Positions 38,620 to 49,101 of a stretch of 64,000 nucleotides of DNA are shown piece after piece. How positions within the stretch are numbered: position 1 is the stretch's first letter; each line of letters begins with the position of its first letter. Location of the stretch: contig CAVXRD010000001.1 of the NCBI GenBank assembly GCA_963764165.1, forward strand, positions 704,001 to 768,000, read 5' to 3'. The translations under genes were made by a program, and so were the position numbers. Source of the DNA: an uncultured Verrucomicrobiae bacterium. GTDB lineage: Bacteria; Verrucomicrobiota; Verrucomicrobiia; Limisphaerales; Palsa-1400. The notes beneath the pieces were generated by a model. That model saw only the letters and a list, made by a program, of their open reading frames with translations, ran no database searches and had not been told where the DNA came from.

Positions 38620-40848
38620 GTGATCGCGCGCGTGACGCTGGATATCGCCCTGGGCAAGGAATTTGATTACCTCGTTCCCGAAGAATTGCAGGAAGCAATC
38701 GAAGTTGGAACGCGGGTCAAAGTTCCGTTTGCCAATCGGCAGGTGCTTGGCTGCGTCACCGCGCTGCCGGAAACTTCTCCGCATTCGATTCTCCGCCCGA
38801 TCATCAAGACGATTGGCCGCCAATCGCACGTCACGCCGAAGATTCTCGAACTGGCCCGCTGGCTCGGCGAATACTACTGCTGCCCGCCGGAAATTGCTTT
38901 GCGCAGCGTCCTCCCGGAAGCTGTGCGCAAGGAAAAGGAAGGTTGGCGCGAACAGCTTTGCGTCCGCGCCCTTTCCGCGCCTGGCATGCAGCCAAAGTTA
39001 AGCAAGCGCCAGTCGGAGATTCTTGAGATGGTTCGGGCCGCGAAGGAAATGCCGTTGCAGGAAATTCTCCAAAGCGCGAACACCACCGCGCAAACGCTCC
39101 GCCGGCTTGAAGACAAAGGATTGCTTCACATCGCCCCGCAAATTTCCGAGCGCGATCCTTATGCGCGCGAAACCATTTTGCCAACGACCGCGCTGGAACT
39201 TAACGCCGGCCAGGCGCGCGCCGTCGCGGAAATCACCGCCGATATCGGCTCCGCCGAATCCGGCAAGGCGAAGCCGGCGTTTCTTCTTCACGGCGTCACC
39301 GGCAGCGGCAAGACGGAAGTTTATTTGCAAGCCATCTCGCACGCGCTGCAAAGAGGCCTGGGCGCCATTGTGCTGGTGCCAGAAATTTCGTTGACACCGC
39401 AGACCGTCGAGCGATTCAAGGCGCGCTTCAGTTCCGGGCCGGTAAAAACGCTCGTCGCCGTGCTTCACAGCCACTTGTCCGCAGGCGAACGCCATGACGA
39501 ATGGCACAAAATCCGCCAGGGCCGGGCGCGGATCGTCATTGGCGCGCGCTCCGCCGTCTTCGCCCCGGTCGATCCGCTCGGGCTGATCATTGTCGACGAA
39601 GAGCATGAGTATTCCTACAAGCAGGAGGAGGCGCCCCGCTACCACGCGCGCGATGTCGCGGTCGTTCGTGGACGGATGGAGAATGCGGTGGTTGTCCTCG
39701 GCTCCGCCACGCCGTCGATGGAAAGCTCCTACAACGCGCAGAAGGGAAAGTACCGCCTGCTCGACATGCCCATTCGCGCTGACAATAAGAAAATGCCGGC
39801 GGTGCGCGTGGTCGATATGCGCCAGGCGGCGCGCCAGGAAAAAGGCCCGCCGATGTTTTCGCCCCAATTGAAAGAGGCGATTCACAAACGCCTTGAGCGC
39901 AAGGAGCAGACGCTGCTTTTCTTGAATCGGCGCGGATTTGCCACTTCTATGCAGTGCCCGCTGTGCGGCTACGTGGCCGAGTGCCCGAATTGCAGCGTGG
40001 CGCTTACATATCACCGCCAAGCCGGGCGATTGAAGTGCCACATTTGCGCGCACGATGTCCCCGCCCCGACTGTCTGTCCCGATCCAAAATGCCGCAATCC
40101 CGCGATCCGTTTTGCCGGCATGGGGACGGAGAAAGTTGAAGCCACGCTGGCCAAATTGTTTCCGCACGCGCGCGTGCAGCGAATGGATTCCGACGCGCTC
40201 AAACGCAAGGAGGATTACCGCCGCATCCTCGGAGATTTCCGCACCGGCAAAACAGACATTCTCGTCGGCACGCAGATGATCGCCAAGGGCCTGCATTTTC
40301 CGAACGTCACGCTGGTCGGCATCATTTACGCCGATCTCGGCCTGCACGTGCCGGATTTTCGCGCGGGCGAACGGACATTTCAATTATTGACGCAAGTGGC
40401 CGGCCGGGCCGGGCGCGGCGATGTGGAGGGCGAAGTGATCGTGCAGGCGTTCACCCCGTTTCATCCCGCCATTCAATACGCCCGCCGCCACGATTTCAAC
40501 GGCTACTACGAGCAGGAAATCGAATTCCGCCAGCAATTGAAATATCCGCCGACGGGCCGCATCGCGCTGCTGCTTCTCAAGGGGCGCAACGAAGACAAAG
40601 TGAAATTGTCCGCCGCTCACGTAAAGCAGGAACTCGAAAAGCGCGCCGCCTCCGTCGGCGATCTCACCATCTCCGGCCCCGCCGCCGCCCCCCTCGCCCG
40701 CGCCGAGACGCTCTATCGCTACCAAATCATGCTGCGCACGCGCCACATCATGAAGCTGAGTCCCGTCCTGCAGGAACTTTGCGCCGCGCTGAATCTACCC
40801 GACGGTGTGACGATCTCAATCGATATTGATCCCGTGAACTTGATGTGA
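38620..40848 (+). CDS. priA: Primosomal protein N'
   Basis: GVTGSGKTEVY, LVPEISLTPQ, DEEHE, two Zn fingers, GTQMIAKG, QVAGRAGR. Confidence 0.97.
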   Translation: MIARVTLDIALGKEFDYLVPEELQEAIEVGTRVKVPFANRQVLGCVTALPETSPHSILRPIIKTIGRQSHVTPKILELARWLGEYYCCPPEIALRSVLPEAVRKEKEGWREQLCVRALSAPGMQPKLSKRQSEILEMVRAAKEMPLQEILQSANTTAQTLRRLEDKGLLHIAPQISERDPYARETILPTTALELNAGQARAVAEITADIGSAESGKAKPAFLLHGVTGSGKTEVYLQAISHALQRGLGAIVLVPEISLTPQTVERFKARFSSGPVKTLVAVLHSHLSAGERHDEWHKIRQGRARIVIGARSAVFAPVDPLGLIIVDEEHEYSYKQEEAPRYHARDVAVVRGRMENAVVVLGSATPSMESSYNAQKGKYRLLDMPIRADNKKMPAVRVVDMRQAARQEKGPPMFSPQLKEAIHKRLERKEQTLLFLNRRGFATSMQCPLCGYVAECPNCSVALTYHRQAGRLKCHICAHDVPAPTVCPDPKCRNPAIRFAGMGTEKVEATLAKLFPHARVQRMDSDALKRKEDYRRILGDFRTGKTDILVGTQMIAKGLHFPNVTLVGIIYADLGLHVPDFRAGERTFQLLTQVAGRAGRGDVEGEVIVQAFTPFHPAIQYARRHDFNGYYEQEIEFRQQLKYPPTGRIALLLLKGRNEDKVKLSAAHVKQELEKRAASVGDLTISGPAAAPLARAETLYRYQIMLRTRHIMKLSPVLQELCAALNLPDGVTISIDIDPVNLM

Positions 40849-40856
40849 TTGCGCGG

Positions 40857-41402
40857 TTACTCGGCGCTGTTGGATAGGAGAGTGCCGGCGGTAAATATCG
40901 GAGGCGAATCCTGATTTCTTTCGCCCTGCTCCGTGAGCAATTCGTCCAATTTGTCCAACGACTTATGGGCTGCGCTTTCGTAGTTGAAAAAAGTTGGTTC
41001 CTGATCGGCCTTTTGCCCCGAGGCTGCAGCGGAGCGATTGCCAACAAACGCGCGCCTGGGAGCGCCACCAAATGGCCACGCGGCCACCCACACCAAAATC
41101 GCGAGCGCCGCGGCAGACCCAACTGCGAATGAAAACCTCCAGTTCCACCTAGAGTCGCCCGAAGGGCGTCCCGCGGACGAAAGCGCTCCGGCCACCCGCC
41201 GATGGAATAATGCGGTTGGCTGGATGTCCGCCCCTGGTTCTGCTCCACGCAAGTTTCCCGCGATGTTGGAAATCTCTTCCAGATAGCAGCGGCACGCGGC
41301 ACAAGCTTTCAAATGTGCCAGAAGCTTGGATTCAACTTGGATTTCCAAGGCATCCATTGCCAGCCAGGCAATTTGCTTCCGGTATTTTCGACAGGGATTC
41401 AT
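40857..41402 (-). CDS. Putative zinc-finger (zf-HC2) anti-sigma factor with a TM helix
   Basis: C4...HLKACAAC (HxxxCxxC) and one TM segment; overlaps the stop of the ECF sigma gene. Confidence 0.8.
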   Translation of the reverse strand: MNPCRKYRKQIAWLAMDALEIQVESKLLAHLKACAACRCYLEEISNIAGNLRGAEPGADIQPTALFHRRVAGALSSAGRPSGDSRWNWRFSFAVGSAAALAILVWVAAWPFGGAPRRAFVGNRSAAASGQKADQEPTFFNYESAAHKSLDKLDELLTEQGERNQDSPPIFTAGTLLSNSAE

Positions 41403-42037
41403 AAAGTCTTGGGTTTCGCCTCCGGTTGGATGAATTGGCCGCGCAGGGCTTTCATGCCGCGCAAGTTTTCCAAGGCATGGAACAAACGCGATTTCACCGT
41501 TCCTTCAGAACAGCCGAGGGCGGCAGCAATTCCGTCGAGGGAATCGTCGACGTAAAATCGCAAATGAATGACTTGCTGTTGCTTCGGAGGCAGCGTTTGA
41601 ATGCATCGCCAGACAAGCGCCGCCTGGTCGCGCTGCACGGCGAACTGGTCGGGCAAAGGTTCATGATCAACGACTTGATTGAGGCTGCGTTGGAATTCTT
41701 CATCATCGTCTGCTGTGATGCAGGAAAACAGCGGCCAGCGCTTCCGGCGGATGGTGTTGCGGTAACGGTTCAGCAGGATGGCGCAGAGCCACGTAAAGAA
41801 CTGGCAGCGGCCATCGTAGCGGCGCAGCGATTTCCAAGCCTCCACCAGCGTGTCTTGCGCCAGGTCTTCTGCGAGGGCGGCATCCCCACTGAGCGCGACG
41901 GCTTGTCGCAAAAGCCGCGCCGCATAAGTCTGGCAGACCTCTCCAAACGCACCGGAGTCGCCCTCTCGAGCCCTAAGCAGGAGACTCCGAGTTTCTGGAA
42001 TCGCGCTCTCCACAATGGATGGACTCAAGCTGAACAC
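41399..42037 (-). CDS. ECF RNA polymerase sigma factor
   Basis: AEDLAQDTLVEAW, FFTWL, IAAALGCSEGTVKSRL; start uncertain. Confidence 0.9.
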   Translation of the reverse strand: MFSLSPSIVESAIPETRSLLLRAREGDSGAFGEVCQTYAARLLRQAVALSGDAALAEDLAQDTLVEAWKSLRRYDGRCQFFTWLCAILLNRYRNTIRRKRWPLFSCITADDDEEFQRSLNQVVDHEPLPDQFAVQRDQAALVWRCIQTLPPKQQQVIHLRFYVDDSLDGIAAALGCSEGTVKSRLFHALENLRGMKALRGQFIQPEAKPKTL

Positions 42038-42100
42038 ACCTGGAATTAGGTCTGGAAAAACCAGGCAGTTCCAGAAAGAAATTGCCCGCTCCGTGATTTG

Positions 42101-43357
42101 CTAAGGCGCCGGCGCCTTGCCCGCGTTCTTGCCAAAAACCAGGAAGGGAGGCCCGTCCGTCTCCTCAAAAATAAGGACTTCCGGATAACCCAGCCCCGCG
42201 TAGGAGGCGTCCAATTCAAAGCCTCGGTCAACGCCGTCAAACATAAATCTCTTGATCGCAAAGGCCCCGTTGCCGCAAGGGTTGGGAATGCTCCGCAGAC
42301 CCGGTTCGCCATGCAGTTTGTACTGCACAGCGGCTTGAACCATTGCCATGTCCGCCAACGCGGCAAATTCCCGCGGGCGGCATTTGTCCAGGGCCGGAAG
42401 AAACTCGTGGATAAAGGGGTTGGAGGAATTCTGCACTTCCGCGCTGAACTTCGGCATTTGTTCCTGGTATTGCGCGAACGGCAGAGCCTCAATTTTTTCC
42501 AGCCTCCCATAAATCGAATCCATATCCCTCAGGAGCTTGATCACGCCGTCGCTTGTCCCGCCCGCGGCGGCGGCAATTTCTTTCCAGTGGGTATTCGCTT
42601 CATTTTGCCCGTCGCCGCTCGATGCCACGAAATCAAAAATTCTCTGAAGGCCTTCCATCGCCTTTGCGTCATTTCCACGGTTCTCGTTCTGCAATTCCAC
42701 AGCGCGGCTGATCATCCATTTCTCGAAGCACAATTCTTCCATCGGAATGCACGCGGCGATGGTGCCCCGGGCGGGCGGCGAGTTGAAGGCTTCCGCGATC
42801 CGTTGCAGGGACTCGACAGAAAACTGGTTGAAATTCTCCGCCGCCGTGGCGCAAACGCTGCGTTCCACGGCGATCTCCACCAAGGCCCCGATCAAACACC
42901 CGTCACTGGCCCCGTGCCGGGCCAGCGACAGCGTGGCCAGCAAATCCTCCCGGGCGTCGCTCTGACGCCCGTGCTGCAAATCCCACATGGCGCGCAACCG
43001 CGCCGCGTTGGCCGTGGCCTTGATGCGAGAGAGGTGGGGAATCAATGCGCCCGGTCCCGCGCTCCAATCAACCCCCCAATCACACAGCGCTGTGGAAGTC
43101 GCCGCCTGGCGGAGGAGTCGAAACTCCGAATCATACTCCGCAACCAACTCTCCAAAACGATCCGGCAGCTTCTGGCCTCTCCATTCGTTGGTATACAAAT
43201 AGTCCCGATCCTTTGGCGAAAAGTCCGGGGCAAGCTCAAATGCCCGGTAATAGGTTAGGGACGGATTAATGTTGGTGCGGACCGGCTGGCCTCCCGCCAC
43301 GCCAGCCGCGCCCGCGAAAACCAGAAATGATAAACAGACCGATTTGATAGCGTTCAT
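42101..43357 (-). CDS. Exported hypothetical helical protein
   Basis: Signal-peptide-like N-terminus; CDWG...PHL and LIGALV motifs; co-oriented upstream of the ECF/anti-sigma pair. Confidence 0.72.
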   Translation of the reverse strand: MNAIKSVCLSFLVFAGAAGVAGGQPVRTNINPSLTYYRAFELAPDFSPKDRDYLYTNEWRGQKLPDRFGELVAEYDSEFRLLRQAATSTALCDWGVDWSAGPGALIPHLSRIKATANAARLRAMWDLQHGRQSDAREDLLATLSLARHGASDGCLIGALVEIAVERSVCATAAENFNQFSVESLQRIAEAFNSPPARGTIAACIPMEELCFEKWMISRAVELQNENRGNDAKAMEGLQRIFDFVASSGDGQNEANTHWKEIAAAAGGTSDGVIKLLRDMDSIYGRLEKIEALPFAQYQEQMPKFSAEVQNSSNPFIHEFLPALDKCRPREFAALADMAMVQAAVQYKLHGEPGLRSIPNPCGNGAFAIKRFMFDGVDRGFELDASYAGLGYPEVLIFEETDGPPFLVFGKNAGKAPAP

Positions 43358-43456
43358 GCACATTAATAACGGCAATGCCCCAAAAGGTTCATTATTTCAG
43401 TTCAGGGGTAGGAGGCCTCGCCTCGACAACCACCGCATTGCATGGCAAATTGAGTC

Positions 43457-44302
43457 GTGGCTTTGGACAAACTCGAAAAATTGCAATCGCTCTTGCGCTC
43501 CTACGGTTCGTGCCTTGTCGCGTATTCGGGTGGAGTGGATTCGGTTTTTTTGGGCTATGTCGCGCACCAAGTGCTGGGCGACAAATGCCTCGCCGCGATT
43601 GCCGATTCTCCAAGTTTGCCGCGCCGTGAATTGGAGGAGGCGGTGGCGCTGGCTCGCCAGTTTTCCATTCCGCTTGAGATTATTAAAACATCGGAATTTG
43701 ATAATCCGGCTTACGTTTCCAATCCGAATAATCGCTGCTATTTCTGCAAACACGAATTGTTCACGCAATTGACTCCGCTCGCGCGCGAACGAAAATTCGC
43801 CGTTGTTGCCTATGGAGAAAATGCGAGTGACGTTGGGGATCATCGACCGGGGGCGCAAGCGGCGGGGGAATTTCAAGTGCGCGCGCCGCTCAAGGAAGCG
43901 GGTTTGACCAAGGCGGATATTCGCGCCCTTTCCGCGCAATTCGGCTTGCCGACCGCCGACAAGCCGCAGATGGCCTGCCTGAGTTCACGCGTGCCGTATG
44001 GCGAGACTGTTTCGCCGGAAAAATTGCGCATGATTGAAGAGGCGGAATACGTTTTGCGCGATCTTGGCTTTTACGATGTCCGCGTCCGGCATCATCAATT
44101 GACCTCCGGAGCGCATCCAGCGTCGCTGGCCCGCATTGAAATCGGCCCGGACGAAATGCCGAAATTATTGACAGACGGAAATTATACTCGCGTGGCGGAG
44201 AAATTGCGCAAGATAGGCTACATGCACATCACGCTGGATTTGCAGGGTTATCGCCGCGGAAGCGTCAACGAAATCTCCGTCATCGCTGCACGAAGTAGCT
44301 GA
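43457..44302 (+). CDS. larE: LarE-family ATP-dependent sulfur transferase
   Basis: PP-loop AYSGGVDS, RCYFCK, DHRPG, ACLSSRVPYG, VRVRHH, LDLQGYRRGS. Confidence 0.92.
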   Translation: MALDKLEKLQSLLRSYGSCLVAYSGGVDSVFLGYVAHQVLGDKCLAAIADSPSLPRRELEEAVALARQFSIPLEIIKTSEFDNPAYVSNPNNRCYFCKHELFTQLTPLARERKFAVVAYGENASDVGDHRPGAQAAGEFQVRAPLKEAGLTKADIRALSAQFGLPTADKPQMACLSSRVPYGETVSPEKLRMIEEAEYVLRDLGFYDVRVRHHQLTSGAHPASLARIEIGPDEMPKLLTDGNYTRVAEKLRKIGYMHITLDLQGYRRGSVNEISVIAARSS

Positions 44303-44912
44303 GATTTTCCAATTCGATCGCCAGATTCACGTTGTTGACAACGACCGATTCCGGGACTTCCGGCACCAGCGGCGAGAAATTCAGAATTCCCGAAATCCCA
44401 CATTGCACAAGCGCGTTTGCGACCTCCTGCGCGGCCGTGGCGGGGACCGTCAGAATGGCCATTTTCACGTTCCGCTGGCGGACAAGGGGCGCGAGCTTGT
44501 CCATCTCGCAAATCGGCACGCCGCTCTGTTTTCCTCGGTGGCGGCCGGCATCGCAGTCGAACGCAGCGATGATTTCGAAGCCTTCCTTTTCAAATCCGCG
44601 ATACGAGAGCAGCGCAAGCCCCAAATTTCCCACACCCACCAAAATCACCGGCTGCAAACTCGTCCGGCCAAGCGCATCGGAAATCATGTCCGCCAGCTCG
44701 CCCACATCGTAGCCCAGGCCGCGCGTGCCGAACTGCCCGAAGTAGGCAAGGTCTTTGCGCAATTGCGTCGGTTTGACGCCGGCGGCTTTGGCAAGGGCGT
44801 CGCTGGACACAGTTTGGTGGCCATTGGCCTTCAACTGCCGCAATCCGCGAAAATAAACCGAGAGCCGATAAACGGCCTTTCGTGGAATTTCAGGTTTGGC
44901 GACCTTTTTCAA
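44280..44912 (-). CDS. rex: Redox-sensing transcriptional repressor Rex
   Basis: YRLSVYFR, QLRKDLAYFGQFGTRGLGY, VGVGNLG, ILNFSP; probable TTG start. Confidence 0.95.
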   Translation of the reverse strand: MKKVAKPEIPRKAVYRLSVYFRGLRQLKANGHQTVSSDALAKAAGVKPTQLRKDLAYFGQFGTRGLGYDVGELADMISDALGRTSLQPVILVGVGNLGLALLSYRGFEKEGFEIIAAFDCDAGRHRGKQSGVPICEMDKLAPLVRQRNVKMAILTVPATAAQEVANALVQCGISGILNFSPLVPEVPESVVVNNVNLAIELENLSYFVQR

Positions 44913-45176
44913 GCGGGGGAAGATACGAAATCCCCTCCCGCCAAGCAAACACTCTTGTCGACTTTCCGCATCCAAAACGCCATTCGCGCTGGCAGCAGGT
45001 CATGCTCGCAAAGTCCGGCGGCATATTGCCATTGTTGTGCCCAGCCCAGGTGCGAACAGCCTTTGCCATCAACCTGAAATCATTGACGAACGAGATGCGG
45101 TCAGCCCGACGCTGGGGCGTCGGCGAAAAAGTCCGGCTTGTCCCCTGCGGCCCGTTCCAGGGATGGTTCCCGCGCT

Positions 45177-45626
45177 TCAAACAAGCAACTTCTCGAGCAC
45201 GTCGTAGTGCGTCAGCGTGAAGCCGAGCTTGTGATAAGTCTTGATCGCGGCGTCATTATGCTTTTCGACGTAAAGGCGCACGCCGGCCACGCCGCCCTGC
45301 TCGCGCGCTACGGCGGTGACAAATTCAAAGAGCGCCTGAAACACGCCGCGCCGCCGGAAATCCGAGCGGACGAAAACACTTTGCAGCCACCAAAAATCGC
45401 CATTGCGCCAATCGCTCCATTCGTGCGTGATCAACAGTTGCCCGATCACTTCGCTTGATTCCTCGGCGACAAAATAAGTTCCCTTGGCGGGATCTTGCAG
45501 CAGCGCTTCAACCCCTGCCCTGACGGTAGCGGGATCAAGCGCGAGATTTTCTGATTCGCGGGCGAGCTCGATGTTGAAATGGGCCAGGACGGCGGCGTCG
45601 GCAAAAATGGCTTTTCGGATGTTCAA
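45177..45626 (-). CDS. GNAT family N-acetyltransferase
   Basis: EWSDWRNG, WLQSVFV, RRRGVF, RLYVEKHN; probable TTG start at 45626. Confidence 0.88.
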   Translation of the reverse strand: MNIRKAIFADAAVLAHFNIELARESENLALDPATVRAGVEALLQDPAKGTYFVAEESSEVIGQLLITHEWSDWRNGDFWWLQSVFVRSDFRRRGVFQALFEFVTAVAREQGGVAGVRLYVEKHNDAAIKTYHKLGFTLTHYDVLEKLLV

Positions 45627-45700
45627 GATTCGCAAGATAATAGGAAACTGAAGGCACGTGCGCAAACACATGATAGGTCCTATAAGACCTATAGGACCTA

Positions 45701-47320
45701 TCAGTGCGACTGAAATAACACCAGCAGCCCCACCAATGCCGCCAGCGCCACGCTGTGAAAAAAGACGTAACGCAAAATCTTCCCCTCGTGCCCGTACCAA
45801 TTCGTGGCGGTGCTCGCCACCACGATGCTTTGGGCGTCCAGCATTTTTCCCATCACGCCGCCGGAACTGTTGGCCGCCGCCATTAGCGCCGGATTCAGCG
45901 CCAGTTGCCGGGCGGTGATTGTTTGCAGTGAGCCGAATATCACATTCGAGGCGGTATCCGAGCCTGTCAGCGCCACACCCAGCCAGCCGAGCATTGTGCC
46001 GAAAAAGGGATAAAGCGGCCCAGTTCTCGCGAGCGCAAGACCAAGTGTCGCGTCTGTCCCGGAATAGCGCGTGACGTAACCGAGCGAAAGCATGGCCGCA
46101 ATCGTCAACAATGAAAATCGCAGCCGCCAGATTGTCTCAACATAAATCCGCGCCATCTCGCGCCACCGATGGCCCATCAATGCTCCTGCGCAAAGAGCGG
46201 CAAATAAAATTCCCGTCCCCGTCGCCGACAGCCATTCCAGCGCATAAACCGCTTTTTCTGGCGGCGCGCCGGGCGAGCTCACCTCCGGTCCGCGCGCCAC
46301 CTCGCCATGCAAATAAGGCACGTTCCACTGGCAGTAATTCGAGAATCCGGCCTGGTTCAAAAACTTTTTCACCGGCGGCAATCCCCATACAAAAATGAAG
46401 AGCGATAACAAAATCCACGGCGTCCAGGCGCGCACCAAATCCCGCCGCGATGGCGCGATGGCCACGGCCGCGGCCGCCGCATTCGAGAGAATCCAGAGTT
46501 TTCGCGGTCGCCAGAATTTCAGGAGAACGATTGTGGCGACCACGGATGTGACTGCGGAAACAACGTCGACCAGCCAAGGGCCATGAAACCTTGAAATGAG
46601 AAATTGTGGAATGGCGAAGGCTGCCCCGGCAGTTAATGCGGCTGGCCACACTTCCAGCATCCCGCGAAATCCAGCCATCGCCCACACGACCCAAAACGGA
46701 ATGATCAGGGAGAACGGTGGCAGTTGCGTTCCGATGATGGCTGAAAGTGTTCGCACATCGATGCCGGTTACAACACCCAATGCGATGACTGGCGTGCCAA
46801 GCGCTCCGAAGGCGACCGGAGCAGTGTTGGCAATCAGCGCCAGCCCGGAAGCCATGAGCGGCTCGAAACCCAATTGAATCAGAATGGCGCTCGCGATGGC
46901 AACCGGTGTTCCAAATCCCGCCGCGCCTTCAAAAAACGCACCAAACGAAAACGCAATCAGAATGACTTGCACACGCGGGTCCGGGGCGAGCGTCGCAAGA
47001 CTTCCGCGCAGGAGCGCAAAGAGGCCTTTTCGCACGGTCAATTCATAGAGGAAAATCAGATTGAGAATAATCCAGCCAATTGGAAAAAGTCCGTAAGTTG
47101 CTCCGAATATGGCCGCCGCGCCCGCCGCTTTTCCCGGCATCCCAAAAACCGCCACCGCAATCACCAGCGCCAGAACCAGCGCGCCCACCGCGGCGAGATG
47201 AATTTTCACGCGCCAGATGGCGATGGCGGAAAGCAGCGCCACCACCGGGGCTGCGGCCATTAGGGTTGAGAGAGCCGCTGAGCCAAGTGGATTGTAATGC
47301 TGCTGCCACACGCAAAGCAT
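45701..47320 (-). CDS. L-lactate/glycolate permease (LctP family)
   Basis: WQQHYNPLG, FFEGAAGFGTPVA, ANTAPVAFG, TGSDTASN, GGVMGKM. Confidence 0.93.
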   Translation of the reverse strand: MLCVWQQHYNPLGSAALSTLMAAAPVVALLSAIAIWRVKIHLAAVGALVLALVIAVAVFGMPGKAAGAAAIFGATYGLFPIGWIILNLIFLYELTVRKGLFALLRGSLATLAPDPRVQVILIAFSFGAFFEGAAGFGTPVAIASAILIQLGFEPLMASGLALIANTAPVAFGALGTPVIALGVVTGIDVRTLSAIIGTQLPPFSLIIPFWVVWAMAGFRGMLEVWPAALTAGAAFAIPQFLISRFHGPWLVDVVSAVTSVVATIVLLKFWRPRKLWILSNAAAAAVAIAPSRRDLVRAWTPWILLSLFIFVWGLPPVKKFLNQAGFSNYCQWNVPYLHGEVARGPEVSSPGAPPEKAVYALEWLSATGTGILFAALCAGALMGHRWREMARIYVETIWRLRFSLLTIAAMLSLGYVTRYSGTDATLGLALARTGPLYPFFGTMLGWLGVALTGSDTASNVIFGSLQTITARQLALNPALMAAANSSGGVMGKMLDAQSIVVASTATNWYGHEGKILRYVFFHSVALAALVGLLVLFQSH

Positions 47321-47392
47321 GAACGGATAAGACAGCACCCGGTGGCGTCGCGCCAACTATTTTCGGGCGCAACGAACCGCCGACACTCTAGC

Positions 47393-47492
47393 GGAGCGCG
47401 GCTGTGTCGAAGACCAGCCGCAGCAACGTGGGAATGACCGACGCGCGCCTAGCAATGAAACGCGCTGCGGCTGGTCTTCGACACAGCCGCGC
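47393..47492. repeat. REPIN-like inverted repeat, family B
   Basis: Same arms as 29566-29748 with a different, shorter spacer. Confidence 0.85.
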
Positions 47493-47496
47493 CCCA

Positions 47497-49101
47497 CTAT
47501 TTTCCAACCGGCGCGTTCGCGTGCTCCCACGAGAATTGCCGCCAGAGTTCCTTCAGCGGTTCAAGATCGCAGTGGGCGGGCAAGGTTGTCCCATAAGCGG
47601 CATAGGCATAGAGAAACGCCAGATGTTCGTATTGACTCGCAAATTCCGGCGAGTGCCCGCCCATCTCGCGGCAGAATTCGCGGGCGGTCCGATCCAGATG
47701 CACTTCGATATTCCGTTCGCGCGCCCAGGCGCGGATGGCGTCGTAAGTGTAAAGAATAATTTCCCGCGGCGGCATCTGATGCTCCCCACTCGCGAGAAAC
47801 GGATTTTTGTACTCTGAGAACGGGCGGAGATTGGGGCGGGCGAATTCGGGCTCCGCGCGTTTGGCGGGACGCCAGCGCGGTGTCAAGTCGAGCAATTCGC
47901 GAATGAATTTGGCAATCGCCTCCGCCAGTCCGCGCGCCATTTCCAACAGGAAATGCCGGCAGCGATACAGCCACCAGCCAAACAACAGCGCGCCCGCAAT
48001 AATAATGACGGTGCGAATAAACTGATAAGCACCCGGCGGCGGAACGACTTGGGGCATCTGCGAAGGGCTTGGGCTGGGCGGCGCGGGTTTGGAACCGCTG
48101 TCGGAAGGCGCGGTTTGCTTGCTGGGATTTTCCGAGGGCGGCGGTGACGACGCATCCCCTTTTTTTCCGCCCTGCTCGTCCCCGGGGCGACCATCGCCTT
48201 TTCCAGACGAATTATATTTCGAGGCGTATTTGCTGGCGTTGAGCAAGGTCGAGTCCACGTCGTGCTTCAATGCCATCCATGCCTGGCTCGCGCCCGGTCG
48301 CGGCAGCAACAGCGCGCCCACCAAAACAAGCACCGCAACGCCGACACCAAGTTTCAACCATGCAAAGGCAACCGAAGGCGGCATCCTCAAATAGCGCTGC
48401 CGCAGATATCGCCGCAAGCCGAGGAAGCTGGTGGTCACCAGCAAACCCAGCGCAGCCGCCATGTAGACAATGACGAATGTCATGGCGCGTTTCCGCGAGA
48501 CATCCGCGTTCGCCGGAAGCAGCGCCTGCCCGATCGCGAACAGAGGCAGCGCAGCCAGCGAAAAGTAGATGACCCAGCATCCGGGATTGTTTGAGACCTT
48601 CCGCTTTTTTTTCGCCTTTTCTTTCGCCTTCGCCTTGGCGGCGGCGATGGCATCCAGCTTTGGCGCGGGCGTCTCAACAGGCTTGGGAGCCGTTCTCGCC
48701 TGCAACAATCCTCTCCCCGAGGAATCCTCGTCCTCATCCAGCAGCGTGCAATCCCAAACCAATTTGTGCGCGCAAAACCAAACAGCGGCCAGAAGGACGA
48801 TGCCGAGCGGATAAGAAGCCTGCGTCTTCGCGAGGTAAAACAACACGGACGCCGCCAGCGCAAAACCGTAAAGGGACGCATACTCGCTCGATTGCTCAAT
48901 GGCAATGCGCGAGACCAGCACAATCGCCACCACAAACCAGAACATCACCCAACGGACGCTGCCTTCCATTTTGCCCTGGTAAAAAACCTCGATGAGAAAA
49001 AAGCAAAGGCTCCCGACCAGCGCCATGATGAGGGCGGGGCTGAGCGAGATCACCATGTAATCGGCGGCGGTGCGGCGCGGTTTGTTCGGTATCGTGTACA
49101 T
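47497..49101 (-). CDS. Polytopic membrane protein with a DUF4129-like C-terminus
   Basis: Several TM segments, Pro/Ser linker, C-terminal RTAREF...LY..AAYG; coupled to the DUF58 stop. Confidence 0.7.
   Translation of the reverse strand: MYTIPNKPRRTAADYMVISLSPALIMALVGSLCFFLIEVFYQGKMEGSVRWVMFWFVVAIVLVSRIAIEQSSEYASLYGFALAASVLFYLAKTQASYPLGIVLLAAVWFCAHKLVWDCTLLDEDEDSSGRGLLQARTAPKPVETPAPKLDAIAAAKAKAKEKAKKKRKVSNNPGCWVIYFSLAALPLFAIGQALLPANADVSRKRAMTFVIVYMAAALGLLVTTSFLGLRRYLRQRYLRMPPSVAFAWLKLGVGVAVLVLVGALLLPRPGASQAWMALKHDVDSTLLNASKYASKYNSSGKGDGRPGDEQGGKKGDASSPPPSENPSKQTAPSDSGSKPAPPSPSPSQMPQVVPPPGAYQFIRTVIIIAGALLFGWWLYRCRHFLLEMARGLAEAIAKFIRELLDLTPRWRPAKRAEPEFARPNLRPFSEYKNPFLASGEHQMPPREIILYTYDAIRAWARERNIEVHLDRTAREFCREMGGHSPEFASQYEHLAFLYAYAAYGTTLPAHCDLEPLKELWRQFSWEHANAPVGK

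Noticed and set aside
45672..45702. ATAGGTCCTATAAGACCTATAGGACCTAT low-complexity run, and similar runs at 34250-34300 and 63513-63544
   Set aside because: Probably further degenerate intergenic repeat units; single short instances give too little support for a separate claim.
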